In this document: positions 38,943 to 51,436 of the stretch, one piece after another
How the letters are laid out: each line of letters starts with the position of its first letter
Position numbering within the stretch: position 1 is the stretch's first letter
Assembly (NCBI RefSeq): GCF_036321535.1
Contig: NC_087436.1
Location: 18,602,001-18,666,000, forward strand
Source of the DNA: Camelus dromedarius
Lineage: Eukaryota
DNA: 64,000 nucleotides
Reading direction: 5' to 3'
Made by a program: the position numbers and the translations under genes
Notes under the pieces: generated by a model
The model's database searches: none
Told to the model about the DNA's origin: nothing
What the model saw: the letters and a program-made list of their open reading frames with translations, nothing else

Positions 38943-40212
38943 TAGAGATACCATGATCAGCCAAAAAAAGAGATAGATAGATAGCTAACAGCCAGATGGT
39001 TCAGCAGGAGCAGAAAATAGTTTTAATACAGACATAAGAAATACACATCAGAATGGTTTGGGGCCATGCAGCTTGCATCCCTTTCACCCCAATATCCCCT
39101 AAAGGCATCCATGCAGAAAGGTGCAGTCCGAGAGCAGGCGACGACCTAACTGGGATGCTTGACCCTCATGTTGTAGCCTCATGTCCTAGGCCTTACCAGC
39201 TTGGTGCTATGAACTAAGGAGGTTCTTTCCCTAAACCCAAGTTAGACTGTCAATTCATAAAGGTTCAAGTACAAGATTTACCTGTCACTAACTGTGACTG
39301 TGGGTAAGCCGCTTACCCACTGTAGGTCTCATTCCTGTATTTGCTACGTGGGGTGGTCCTCAGACCTGCCACAGTGGTACAGTGACCGTCTGGGGATGCT
39401 CACGTGGGACAGTGCTTACGAAAGAATTCATACACTAAACACACACTGCATAAATTTATGCATTTTGAGTGCTGTAATTTGTAATCATAAACTGAACTGT
39501 ACCAATTCTTCATGACAATGATAAAAAGGATAGTATGAATTTACCCCTTTTTATGCCTTCCAGATGTGGATGCCATAACTTGGGCATTATCTTTGTTACT
39601 GTCATGGAGTCTTAATAATGGGATAAATAAAACCAGTGGTGCGTTTTTCTTCGTGCTAAGTTTCCTTCCAGCCCATCCGGTGGGGCTGAAGGCTTCTCCA
39701 CTTCCCCTTCATCTCACCCCACCCATCCGAGGAAGGCATGGGCGATTTATGAGTACAGTCTGTAACAGCTGAAAACCTCAAAGTAAATAAAATGTTCTCT
39801 TCCCCTCAGTGAGGATTATTGAAGGGTCACTTGAAATTGGACATGATGGACCAGGTACCAGTCTTCAAAAAGTCAGGTTCTGAAGTTTTCTTTCTTTCTG
39901 GGGGAGGGGCTGGGATGTAGAAGTTGGTACACAGTCGAATCTGTAGTACAGATGCTCTACATCTTCTGACAGTAGACTGAGATGGGAATAAAACCTATAA
40001 TGGCCAGCACAGTCTTTCCATGGGAACATGTTTTCTGGCTGCTTGCAAATCTCTATTTGGTTACAAAAAACCCAATAAATCACTTTGTGCGACTGAAATG
40101 AGTTTCGCTCTTTCCTTAGCTTTAATGGCTTCAGAAGTGAGGCAGAGCTTTCGTAGAAGTCAAATCAAATAAATAAAAGAAAACCCACAGCTTCGACCCT
40201 ATCCATCCACTT

Positions 40213-41031
40213 CTTCCTCTGACCGGCTCCTCACGACCCCCGACCAGCACAAGGACTTGGAGAGCATGGCAGACGCGGGGCAGAGCAGGAAATCCACAGA
40301 TGTTCTCGACTCCGGCGCCGGCTGCCCTCAGCGACCCCGGGGGACGGAGAAGCACTCCTTTTACTGAAAGCAAGTGGCTTGGCGGAGTCAAGGGTGTGGG
40401 CCCCGAAGCTCGACTTCCTGGGTTGGACCAAATCCCAGCTCTGCTGTGTTCCAGAATGTTCCAGAGCGCGTGACCTTGGCACGTTGGTTAACCTCGTGGC
40501 TTCTCAGTTTCCTCCTCTAGAAAATGGAAACGGTGATGGCAGCAACTTCGGAGGGTCACTGTGGACAACAGAAGAGTCCATCCCTAGAAAGCGCTTCACA
40601 GAATTAAGTATCCGGACATGTGAGCTCTTTGCATGGCGGGTGGTTATCAGTCTCTGCTTTTTGTTTGTTTGTTTTCCGGTGAGATTGTGAAGGAGGGTCA
40701 CCCAGGTCACCATGTGCAGGGTGGTGGCAGACCCCACAGGCACAAAGGACCCCATTCTCGCGGAAGTGAGTACCCAGAAGAACAGATGTGATGGTTTCTA
40801 AAGAAGCTGTAGGCAGCATTCCGTGGGAACGGAACAGAAGGCGGCGGCGAGGCACAGCGCGGAAGAGCGCGCCCTGGAACCGGCTGCCCGGTGCCCTGCG
40901 TGACTCGCGCGCGTGCACTGTGCCTGAGCGACAACTGCAGAGGGACGACAACCCACGCCACACGGCTGATGCGAGTCTGAAATGAATTATTCCAGGCAAA
41001 GCACTCAGAACCGGGCCTGACCCTTCGCGGG
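40213..41031. promoter_or_regulatory. Intronic CpG-rich island-like segment containing a MIR (~40400-40640)
   Basis: CpG density is visibly far above the rest of the window; core at 40838-40975 (ggcggcggcg...cgcgcgcg). Confidence 0.6.
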
Positions 41032-41966
41032 TCCTCAGTGTTAGTTTCTGTTAAGAGACAGGTTTTGAGAAACAGCTCCAGGTCCTCTGCGATTAGATTG
41101 GAAACCTTGAGATAGTTGCTGCCACCTGCTACCCATATATTTCACTACTGAATGGTCAGTGTTTCTGTTTTTGCTGAGGTTGTAACTTTTTAGAAACTGA
41201 AATACATAGATGTTAATAACAACCAGGTGAAGGAGAGATCACCAGGAAAAAAAAAAAAAAAGAAGGAAAGAAAGAAAAGAAAAGAAAAAACGTTTAAAAA
41301 CCAAGTTCCAAATCCAGGATATGGGCTTATTATCTCCAATAGGGTCAGTCACCTGAAGGCTGGGAATGGAAAGAAACGTCTCTCTCTGATAACTTTGCTA
41401 AGGATGCCAATCTAGAATCATGGGACTTTAGGCTTCTACTTTTTTTGTATGCCTAAAACCAAAGGATCATTTGATGGAGAAGAATAAAACTTATTTACAA
41501 AAGAACAGTTGGAAGCACTGAATATCAAAACTGCACAGAATAGTGCCAGGTGGATGTGTCGATCCTTTAAGATTGAGTTCATAAATGGAGAGAAGATTTA
41601 CGTTGGAAAGAATGAACCCTGGCTTTTCCTGAATGGAGAAAAGACAGCTAATTAAAGAAGGCACGTTCTCTCACCTGGACACACTGTTAAGACACAAGAC
41701 CCACTGAAAAACGTTATTGTTTATTTCAATCAGCAGTCTCTATGGTAGTACATGCTAGGACTTACTTAAAAGAAACATGCAGGTGAAAACAAAGCAGAAC
41801 AAAACAAAATAAACTGGCAGAGATTTCCACATACAGATTTAGGTAGTAGCCCCAAAAAACTTACCAGGAAGGGGATGAAAGCAGGAAAAAGTAAAAGCCA
41901 ATGGCATATTTGAAAGCATGCAACTTATTTACTGATTTAATGTTTAAAATTAAGAACTGGGGTTAG

Positions 41967-42045
41967 GAAGGGAGGGTATAGCTCAGTGGTAGACGGCATA
42001 TTTAACATAGGGTTCAATCCCTGGTACCTCCATTGAAAAAAAAAA
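41967..42045 (+). mobile_element. vic-1-like SINE, short and internally deleted
   Basis: Perfect 15-bp TSD aagaactggggttag at 41952-41966 and 42046-42060. Confidence 0.9.
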
Positions 42046-42689
42046 AAGAACTGGGGTTAGTTCTTCATTGTAAAGTGTGTCATGTGGTCACAATTATCCT
42101 GTGTGTAGACGGAAATGATGACCCAACTGGATAAGGTATGCCGCATGAAGAAAATAATACCATATGTGTCTTCTGGGTAAAAAAAGAATAGAATTGTTGC
42201 TGAAGCTCATGTGTTACAGTAAACAATAAGGGTGAGATGATTTTGAATAATTTAATAACAGAAATTCATTAGGAAATAAATCTTCACAATTTCCGATAGC
42301 TGAGGCATAAAGTAAATGAGGAGGACGTGCTGAAGATGTCTGAGTCACCAGCCAGATGGTGATACTTCATGTAAGAATGAAGTGCATTTTAACAACTGAC
42401 CCACTAAAGTTTCAGAAGAGGGAAGGGTGGACCATACTGAAGGTGAAGTAAGAAATTCTGGCTTCCAGCTCTAGCCCTGTTGAGAATCTCTGGGCCTGGG
42501 TTCTGCCTTCTCTGCCAAGCTGTCTAGTTCTGGTTCAATATTTCTTATCTCTAACTTCTCTGCCAGCTGTTAAATTGCATGATTTGTTTTCATATCAGAG
42601 CTCCAGTCTGTAACTGGTTCTCTGAAACTATTATCAACTTCATTATTCCTTACTTTGCCTACCCTCAAACCCTCCCTTCTTTTTATTTT

Positions 42690-42863
42690 ATTTTTCAAAA
42701 TGCTGATTCTTTTTTAAAAATTGTTCAGTTTATTATTTATTTACTTATTGGAGGGGGGAGGTAATTAGGTTTATCTCTTTATCTTTAGAGGAGGTACTGG
42801 GGATTGAACCTAGGGCCTTGTGCATGCTAAACATGTGCTCTACCACCTGAGCTATATCCTCCC
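42690..42863 (-). mobile_element. vic-1-like SINE
   Basis: ggaggtaattaggttta...ggtactggggattgaacc...gagctatatcctcccc; degraded TSD. Confidence 0.88.
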
Positions 42864-43723
42864 CTCACTTCATTTTATATGATTAATTTTGTTTTCCCAA
42901 TTTCTGTTTTACTCTTCCCCACAATGAGTATTTTAGTCCTTTTTGCCTTCCTTTTTCTACCCAAAAGGATTAAGGATGTCAGAACGTGTTGAGTCCCATA
43001 GATGAAATCTTGAAACTATTTATTCACCTTGACTGTATGAACAGTATTTTCTTCCTCTCCAGGGAGAAGCTAAAATATACAGAAAATTTAGCCAGTGAAC
43101 TATAAGCACCGTACTGTAAATCCTGACTGTAAGTAAAATGAAGGAAAAAATAGTAGGTAAGTGGCTTCTTTAACCTTCCAGTCAAAGGTCTGTTGTAAAT
43201 TACAGTGTAAAATCAATGATTTTTTTTAAAATTTGAAAATTAGTTTTCTATTACTTTGTCTTATTTACAGTTTTTTGGAAATGAAATAAAACTAAATTGT
43301 ACTAGTCAAGAATAATAGATTTTAATCTAGTTTTACTTCTAGTCTTGATATTCAACACATGCTGTATCTCCACTGTAAGCATTTTGTTTATTTTAGTGCT
43401 ACCTAGAACAGAAAACACAAATCTGAGGTCCAGTGTAATTGGCCTACAGCATTGCTGGGCTTCCTTTCCTAGACACCTGAATATTGAGAGAGACTTGTAC
43501 CATTTCCTTGAGATTAGGGCCAATGTTCTATTTCCTTCACATTTCTCTCAAAAGACTTCATACAATGTTCCACATGCAACAATTGCCTAAGGAATATCGG
43601 CTTCCATGAAAATTAGCCACTTAAGCAGATGTTATTAAGACAAGTTAGGTAAACGACAATTATCTTAGATCTAAAAAATGATAGCATTTCAGACTTGGAC
43701 TGGTGCCTAGAGATCATCTAGAT

Positions 43724-43960
43724 CAGTGGTTCTCTAAGTGTTGTCTGAGGACCCTTGGGGATCCCCGAGACCTTCATGGGGTCTGCAGGATCAAGATAAT
43801 ACTGAAATTACTGCCTTTTCTGCTGGTGGACACTTGCATGGTTGGTGCAAAAGCAACAGTGGGTAAAACTGCTGGTGCCTTAGCATGAATCAAGACAGTG
43901 GCACCAAATTGTTCTGGGGCATTGTATTCTTCGCCATCAAACACTGGCAGTAAAAAATAA
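43724..43960 (+). mobile_element. hAT Charlie1-like DNA transposon fragment
   Basis: cagtggttctc terminus; ggtgcaaaagcaacagtgggtaaaactgctggtgccttagcatgaatcaag. Confidence 0.7.
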
Positions 43961-43984
43961 GTTGATGCTACAAGAATAATGGTG

Positions 43985-46900
43985 AGGATTTCATCAAGGT
44001 CACAGGATATAAGAGCAATATAGAGACATCAGTTGCATTTCTATATACTAGAAATGAAAAATACAAAAATGAAATTAAGAGGCAATGCCTTTCAAAAGAG
44101 CATCAAAAAAGAATAAAATACTTAGGAATAAATTTAACTAAAGAAGTGTAAGACATGTATACTGAAAGCTACAAAATACTGGAGAAATCAAAGATATAAA
44201 TAAGTGTTTATGGATTGGAAGAATCAATATTGTTAAGATGGCAATTTTCTCTAAATTCATCCAAAGTGTCAAATATAATCCCTATCTAAATTCAAGGAAA
44301 TGAGCAAGTTGATCTTAAAATTTATATAGAAATGTAAAGGACCTAGAAAAGCTGAAACTTTTTTGAAAAACAAAAACAAAATAGGACTTACAGTACCTGT
44401 TTAAAACCTTACTATAACACACAGACACAGAGAACAAACTTATGGTTACCAGGGGTTAGAGAAGGTGGGAAGAGATAAGTTGGGAATTCAAAAATTGCAC
44501 CTCTTGGGGAGTGTTGGAAATGTTAGCTATATTGATTGTGGTGGTGGTTTCATGGGTATATACATCTATAAAAATTCATCAAATTGTACATCTGAAATAT
44601 GTGTAGTTTACTGTATAGGAACCTTACCACAGTAAAGGTGTTTCAAAAACAACACATAATAAAAGCTATGTATGACAAACCTACAGCCAGCATAGTACTC
44701 AATGGTGAAAAACTCAAAAGCTTCCCACTAAAATCTGGGACAAGACAAGGCTGCCCACTATCACCACTCCCATTCAACACAGTCTTGGAAGTCCTAGCCA
44801 CAGTATCAGGCAGGAGAGAGAAATAAAAGGGATCCAAATTGGAAAAGAAGAGGTAAAAGTGTCACTATATGCCGACAACATGTTTATATATATAGAAAAC
44901 CCGAAAAGGTCCACACAAAAACTACTAGAGCTGATCAAAGAATTCAGCAAGGTAGCAGGTTACAAGATTAATGTTCAAAAATCAGTTGCATTTCTTTACA
45001 CTAATGATGAATCAACAGAAAAAGAAAGTAAAGAAAGAGTTCCCTTTAAAATAGCAGCCAAAGTAATAAAATACCTAGGAATAAATCTAACCAAGGAGGT
45101 GAAAGAATTATACACAGAAAACTGTAAACCACTGATGAAGGAAATTAAAGAAGACTTTAAAAAACGGAAAGATATCCCGTGCTCCTGGATTGGAAGAATC
45201 AATATTGTTAAAATGGTCACACTGCCCATGGCAATCTACAGATTTAATGCAGTCCCTAACAAATTACCGAACTAGACATATTTCACAGAACTAGAACAAA
45301 TCATAATAAAATTTATATGGAACCACAAAAGACCTAGAATTATCAAAGCATTACTGAAGAGAAAGAAAGAGGCTGGAGGAATAACTCTCCCAGACTTCAG
45401 ACAATACTATAGAGATATAGTAATCAAGACAGCATGGTATTGGTACAAAAACAGACATATAGACCAATGGAACAGAATAGAGAGGCCAGAAATGAACCCA
45501 CAAACTTTTGGTCAACTCATCTTTGACAAAGGAGGCAAGAATATACAATGGAATAAAGACAGTCTCTTCAGCAAATGGTGTTGGGAAAACTGGACAGCAG
45601 CATGTAAAGCAATGAAGCTAGAACACTCCCTAACACCATACACAAAAATAAACTCAAAATGGATCAAAGACTTAAACATAAGGCAAGATACAATAAACCA
45701 CCTAGAAGAAAATATAGGCAAAACATTATCTGACATACATCTCAAAAATGTTCTCCTAGGGCAGTCTACCCAAGCAATAGAAATAAAAGCAAGAATAAAC
45801 AAATGGGACCTAATGAAACTTACAAGCTTCTGCACAGCAAAGGAAACCATAAGTAAAACAAAATGACAACCTACGGAATGGGAGAAAATTTTTGCAAATG
45901 AAACCAGCAAAGGCTTGATCTCCAGAATATATAAGCAGTTCATACGACTTAATAAGAAAAAAATCAAACAACCCAATCCAAAAATGGGTGAAAGACCTAA
46001 ACAAGCAATTCTCCAAGGAAGACATACAAATGATCAATAGGCACATGAAAAAATGCTCTATATCACTAATTATCAGAGAAATGCAAATCAAAACTACAAT
46101 GAGGTATCACCTCACACCAGTCAGAATGGCCATCATTCAAAAGTCCACAAATGACAAATGCTGGAGAGGCTGTGGAGAAAAGGGAACCCTCCTACACTGC
46201 TGGTGGGAATGCAGTTTGGTGCAGCCACTGTGGAAAACAGTATGGAGATTCCTCAAAAGAGCAGGAATAGACTTACCACATGACCCAGGAATCCCACTCC
46301 TGGGCATATATCCAGAAGGAACCCTACTTCAAAATGACACCTGCACCCCAATGTTCATAGCAGCACTATTTGCAATAGCCAAGACATGGAAACAGCCTAA
46401 ATGTCCATCAACAGATGACTGGATAAAGAAGAAGTGGTATATTTATACAATGGAATACTATTCAGCCATAAAAACTGACCACATAATGCCATTTGCAGCA
46501 ACATGGATGTTCCTGGAGAATGTCATTCTAAGTGAAGTAAGCCAGAAAGAGAAAGAAAAATACCATATGAGATCACTCATATGAGGAATCTAAAAAAAAA
46601 ACCAAACAAAACATAAATACAAAACAGAAACAGACTCACAGACATAGAATATAAACTTGTGGTTGCCAAGAGGGCAGGGGGTGGGAAGGGACAGACTGGG
46701 ATTTCAAAATGTAGAATAGATAAACAAGATTACACTGTATAGCACAGGGAAATATATACAAGATCTTATGGTAGCTCACAATGGGAAAAAAATGTGACAA
46801 CGAATATATATGTATGTTCATGTATAACTTAAAAATTGTGCTCTACACTGGAATTTGACACAACATTGTAAAATGACTATAACTCAATAAAAAAATTTAA

Positions 46901-47888
46901 AAAAAACCCCACCCCAAACCAAAACATAAACTTACTATAAACTACAGTAGTCAAGACTGGATTGTACTGGCATAACAGTAGACACACAGGTCATTGGAAT
47001 AGAAAAGAAAGTCCAGAAATAAACCCTTACATTTATCATCAGTTAAGTATTAACAAAGGTGCCAAGATAATTTGGTGAGGAAAGAATAGTCTTTTCAATA
47101 AATGGTGTTGGCAATATGTACTTACAGCAAATCATTATGTTGTACACTTGACATTAATGTAATACGTTAATTCTATCTTAATAAAAATGTTAAAAATTTA
47201 AAAAGGTGTTGGAACACTTGGATATGCCTTTGAAAAAAAGGAACTTAGATGCTTCCTCATACAGTACACAAAAATTAACTGTGATCATAGATCTAAATGT
47301 AAGGGCTAAAATTATAAAACTGTTAGAAAAAAACATAAGAGCCTTTCTTTGTGATCTTGACTTAGGCAAAGACTTTGTAGTTATGACATTAGAAATATGA
47401 TCCATAAAAGAAAAATTTGATAAACTGGATTTAATTAAAATTAAAATGTTTTGCTCTTCAAAAGACACCATTTAAAAAATGAAAAGAAAAACCACAGAGT
47501 GGGAAAAAATATTTGCAAACTATATATCTTATGACTTATTTATTTATTTTTTTGAAAATCAAGTATCTGATGAAGGACTTCTGTCCAGGGTATATAAAGA
47601 ATTCCTACAATTAAACAAATAAATACAAATAACATAATTAAAAAGAGTGAAAGATTTAAATAGACCTTTCATCAAAGTAGAAACACAAATAGCTAAGTAC
47701 ATGAAATTGAAAAATGCTCAACATCATTCATCATAGGGAAATGCACATTAAAGCCACACTAAGACGTCACTACACATCATTAGAATGGCTATAATGAAAA
47801 AGACTGACAATAATAAAAGTGTTGATGAGGATGTGGAGGAACTGGAACCCTCATATAATGCTGGTGGGAATATAAACTGGTACAACTA
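43985..47888 (+). mobile_element. Old degraded L1 ORF2 (host element), interrupted by younger insertions at 44418-46930 and 47112-47204
   Basis: Degenerate ORF2 resumes in register after each insertion. TSD cttactataa (44408-44417, 46931-46940) and ggtgttgg (47104-47111, 47205-47212). Confidence 0.8.
44654..46920 (+). mobile_element. Young 5'-truncated L1: ORF2 reverse transcriptase C-terminal half through 3'UTR, disabled by stops and frameshifts
   Basis: ORF track shows [17 protein letters not shown] (YADD-box variant), KYLGINL and the C-terminal HCWWEC. AATAAA at 46886-46891 and A-tail. Confidence 0.97.
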
Positions 47889-47889
47889 T

Positions 47890-48970
47890 TTTTTCACATT
47901 GATATGATCCAGTGATATTCATATTTCTCCAGTATGACTCATTTGTTTGTATTTATGCAATGTAATCACATGTGTAGGTTTGTGTATCAACCACCAGCCA
48001 AGATGGACCAGATCCATCACAAGGATCCCTTAAAATGACCTCTTATAACCACACTACCCTCCTCTCTCCCTTGAAATCCATAGCCCCTGGCAACCATTAA
48101 TCTGTCCTCCTTCTCAATAACTCTGTCAGTTCAAGGTTGTTATATGAATGGAATTAAGTAAAATCATATAGTATGTAATATTTTGAGATAGGCTTTTTTG
48201 TTTGTTTGTGTTTTGCTCAACATGATTCCCTTGAGATTTATCCAAGTTATTGCGTGTATCAACAGCTTGTTCCTTTTTGTCACTGAATAGTACCCTATGG
48301 AATGAATATACCAGTTTGTTTAAAGAACATCTGGCTTGCTTCCAGGTTCAGGCATTACAAATAAAGCGACTATGGACATGCACAAACAGGTTTTTGCATG
48401 AATGTAATTTTCATTTCTGTGGGCTAAATGTCCAAGAGAGCAATTGCTAGGTCTTACGGTAATTGCATGCTTAGTTTTATAATGAACTTCCAAACTCTTT
48501 TCTAGAGTGGTCCTACAATTTCCCATTCTCACCAGCAATCTATGAGTGATTCAGTTTCTCCTCATCTTTGCCAGCATTAGGTGTTGTCACTATTTTTAAA
48601 TTTTACTCATTCTGATAGGTAGTGATATCTTGCTGTGGTTTCAATTTTGCATTTCCCTAATGGCTAATAATGTGGACCATCTTTTCACCTGTTTAGGGGC
48701 CACTTTTATGTCCTTGTCAGTAAAATTTCTGTTCATATCTTTTGCCCATTTCCTGTCTGGATTTTTTTGTTGTTGTTGAGTTTTGAGAGTTTTTATTATA
48801 TCCTAAATATTGCTCCTTTGGTTGGACATGTTGATTGCAAATATTTTCTCCCAGTTTGTAGCTCATTTTCTCATCCTCTTAAGAGGTTTCTTTTCAGAGG
48901 AAAAGTTTAAAATTTTGATGAGGTCTTATTAATCAGTTTTTTTTTATTTGTTCTATAGACTGTGCTTTTG
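47890..48970 (-). mobile_element. Old L1 (L1MB/MC-like) 3' end
   Basis: cccctggcaaccattaatctg...gaatggaat...ggtttcaattttgcatttccctaatggctaataatg; ORF 48320..48538 is L1 ORF2-like. Confidence 0.8.
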
Positions 48971-49459
48971 AGATCTTCCTTTTTGTCCCTTGTTGTATAC
49001 TTTTACATTTTCATTTAAATGCATAGTTTGAAATTAAAAAATTTGTTTGATTGCAGTAGAAATAACATAAAAGTTAGCACCTTAACAATTAGTCATGGAT
49101 CTTGTGTGTCTTTAGCAGAGAAGAGGTAGTTTGAACAGAATATGGGGATATACTGAGGGTCACAGAACCTAAAAAGTGATTGAATGACAAGTATTAAGCC
49201 CTAAGGCACTTGCTTTTCTCCACTCATTCAAATTCTAAAATTTCTGGCTAAGAAATACTACTTTATTAGACATCTTCAATTCGAGTACCAGTTTTTTTCT
49301 TCTGAGCCATTTCTACAAACCAAATATTTATCATTTTATGAGAGTTACTAGAGTTATTGCAAACAAGTAAAAAATTTCAAAACTGCAGTAGAGGTGGACT
49401 CTGGTCTATCAGCTGAGAGACAGCCTTTATTATATCAGCCTGCAAATAGGGCCAATTTG

Positions 49460-49608
49460 TTTTTTGTTTTTGTTTTTTAACTTTTTTGAGGCAGAGGGAT
49501 TAGGTTTATTTACTTATTTATTCCCTTTTTAATGGCGGCACTGGGGATGGAATCTAGTGCATGCTAAGCGGGTGCTCTACCACTGAGCTATACCCTCCCC
49601 ACTTAAGC
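49460..49608 (-). mobile_element. vic-1-like SINE
   Basis: TSD agggccaatttg at 49448-49459 and 49609-49620. Confidence 0.9.
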
Positions 49609-49913
49609 AGGGCCAATTTGAATTAGTGTCTCTGTAAAACTATAAATAGCTCCAAGTTCTGGTTCACATAGTTGGAACTACAACTGTTGACTCTTCACAT
49701 TCTGAGATTCTAGGCTGCCTCCCTCCCTCCCTCCCTCCTTCCTTACCCCACCCCTTCCTTAAGTGTACATGAACTATCTTTGGTGTGCCTGATGAGTTAC
49801 ACAGCGTCTAAGAGTAGAGTCCCAAGGATGGATCTCCATCACCCAACTCTGACTTCTTTCTCCCATCCTCTGTGGCTCCTCCTTCCTTCCCCAATAATTT
49901 AAAAAGGTCTAAT

Positions 49914-50051
49914 GGGGAGAGTATAGCTCAGTGGTAGAGCGCATGCTTGGCATGTATGAGGTCCTGGGTTCAATCTCCAGTACCTCTGTTAAGTAAATAA
50001 ATAAATAAACCTAATTACCCCCCAAAATAAAATTAAAATATTAAAAAAATG
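49914..50051 (+). mobile_element. vic-1-like SINE
   Basis: Full head, aataaacctaattacccccc block and tail. TSD aaaaggtct(a/g)atg. Confidence 0.92.
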
Positions 50052-50298
50052 AAAAGGTCTGATGTATACCCACAATAGCTGTGCTGCAAAATCACATGCA
50101 TACATAAGTGCATACACACAGCGTTTTGGAACATGGAGTATTTCTTATATTTCCCCCATCTTCCCCTTTGGCTAGAACATGGCCTTTCTATCCATTAACA
50201 AATAAATATTCCTTAAATTTTATTTTCCAAAGATAAAAAAATTCATCTATTTTTAGTTATGACCATATAATTTAATTGGCCTATCAAAGAAATATAAG

Positions 50299-50455
50299 TG
50301 GGGAGGGCATAGCTCAGTGGTAGAATACCTACCTAGCATGCATGAGGTCCTGGGTTCAATCCCCAGTATCTTCATTTAAAAAAATAAATAAATAAACCTA
50401 AAATTAAATCTAATTGCATCCCCCATACAAATTAAAAAATAATAATAATTAAAAG
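50299..50455 (+). mobile_element. vic-1-like SINE
   Basis: Head ggggagggcatagctcagtggtag. TSD aaagaaatat at 50286-50295 and 50456-50465. Confidence 0.9.
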
Positions 50456-51249
50456 AAAGAAATATGAAATGTAGTGATTTTCTGATCAGATAATTTCAAG
50501 TATGTAAAGCTTTTATCTTTAAGATCTCTGGACGGTACTTCTAATTTTTTTTGTTTTGTTTTGTATGACATTTCCCTAGAATAAATGCAAACATCTTCTT
50601 TACTTCATTCTTTTTCTTTTTTAACTGAAACATAAATGGCTGTCCAAAGATCTGGCCTCCTGGTTTAGTGCTGTTCTTAATTACTTGAAAGACATTGGAA
50701 CGAACATCTCTAAGCGCATGACAAAGCGTTTAAAACTTCAGTTTTGATCAGAAAATGCATGATTTTGTCCAGCAGTTTTCAAGGATATCCAGTTGTTAAG
50801 ACTCTCAAGGAGGCCAGAGTTTTGATGTTTGCTAACACAAATGGGGAGGACGAAGGGAGGGGAAGAGCCCTGGGCGGATCTTCTCACTGACGTCAGCAGT
50901 CACCACAGGAACAGGCCTACTATGTGTCACTGTGAATGGCATTCCGTGCAATGGGCATTTTTTATTTTTTCATACAAAAATAATGACTTGAGAGATCAAG
51001 CGATTTATTCAAGATCAATCGCAAACCATTTTAAAAAAGGAAACATACTTCGATCTTTTGGGATTATGCCCATTTACTGTTTGGGGAAGGGGGTTGTAGA
51101 TATAAGCCATTTAAGAATATATAAGGTTATGAAGACTTAGTCATATTTTTGAAGCTCAGATCTTGAGCTCTGACCTCCTCTGGGACAAAATGGAGGAGGA
51201 TGAGAAGCAAGGATGAAAGGCAGGGGCAGGGCAGTTGGTGAGATGCCCT

Positions 51250-51436
51250 AGGGGTTGATAAACTTTTTCTGGAAACGGCCAGATAGTAAATATTTTACGC
51301 TTTGTAGACCATCTGGTATCTGTTGAAACTATTTCTGTAAGCAATGGGTATGGCTGTGTTCCAATAAAAACTTCATTTACAGAAATAGGCTTTGGGCCAG
51401 ATTGGGCTCATCGTGGCTGTGGCTTGCCCACCCCTG
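51250..51436 (+). mobile_element. MER58A-like hAT element
   Basis: aggggttgataaactttttctg...ggccagatagtaaatattt...ggctgtgttccaataaaa...gcccacccctg TIRs. Confidence 0.8.

Noticed and set aside
40131..40999. Several overlapping ORFs in the GC-rich segment
   Set aside because: Expected from stop-codon scarcity at high GC; no recognisable protein, and one crosses a MIR.
44599..46584. Active L1 or domesticated reverse transcriptase gene
   Set aside because: 5'-truncated, split into several ORFs by stops and frameshifts, and the catalytic YADD is altered to YADN.
47700..48970. Twin-priming inversion of a single L1
   Set aside because: The + and - pieces cover overlapping L1 coordinates, so they are two separate elements.
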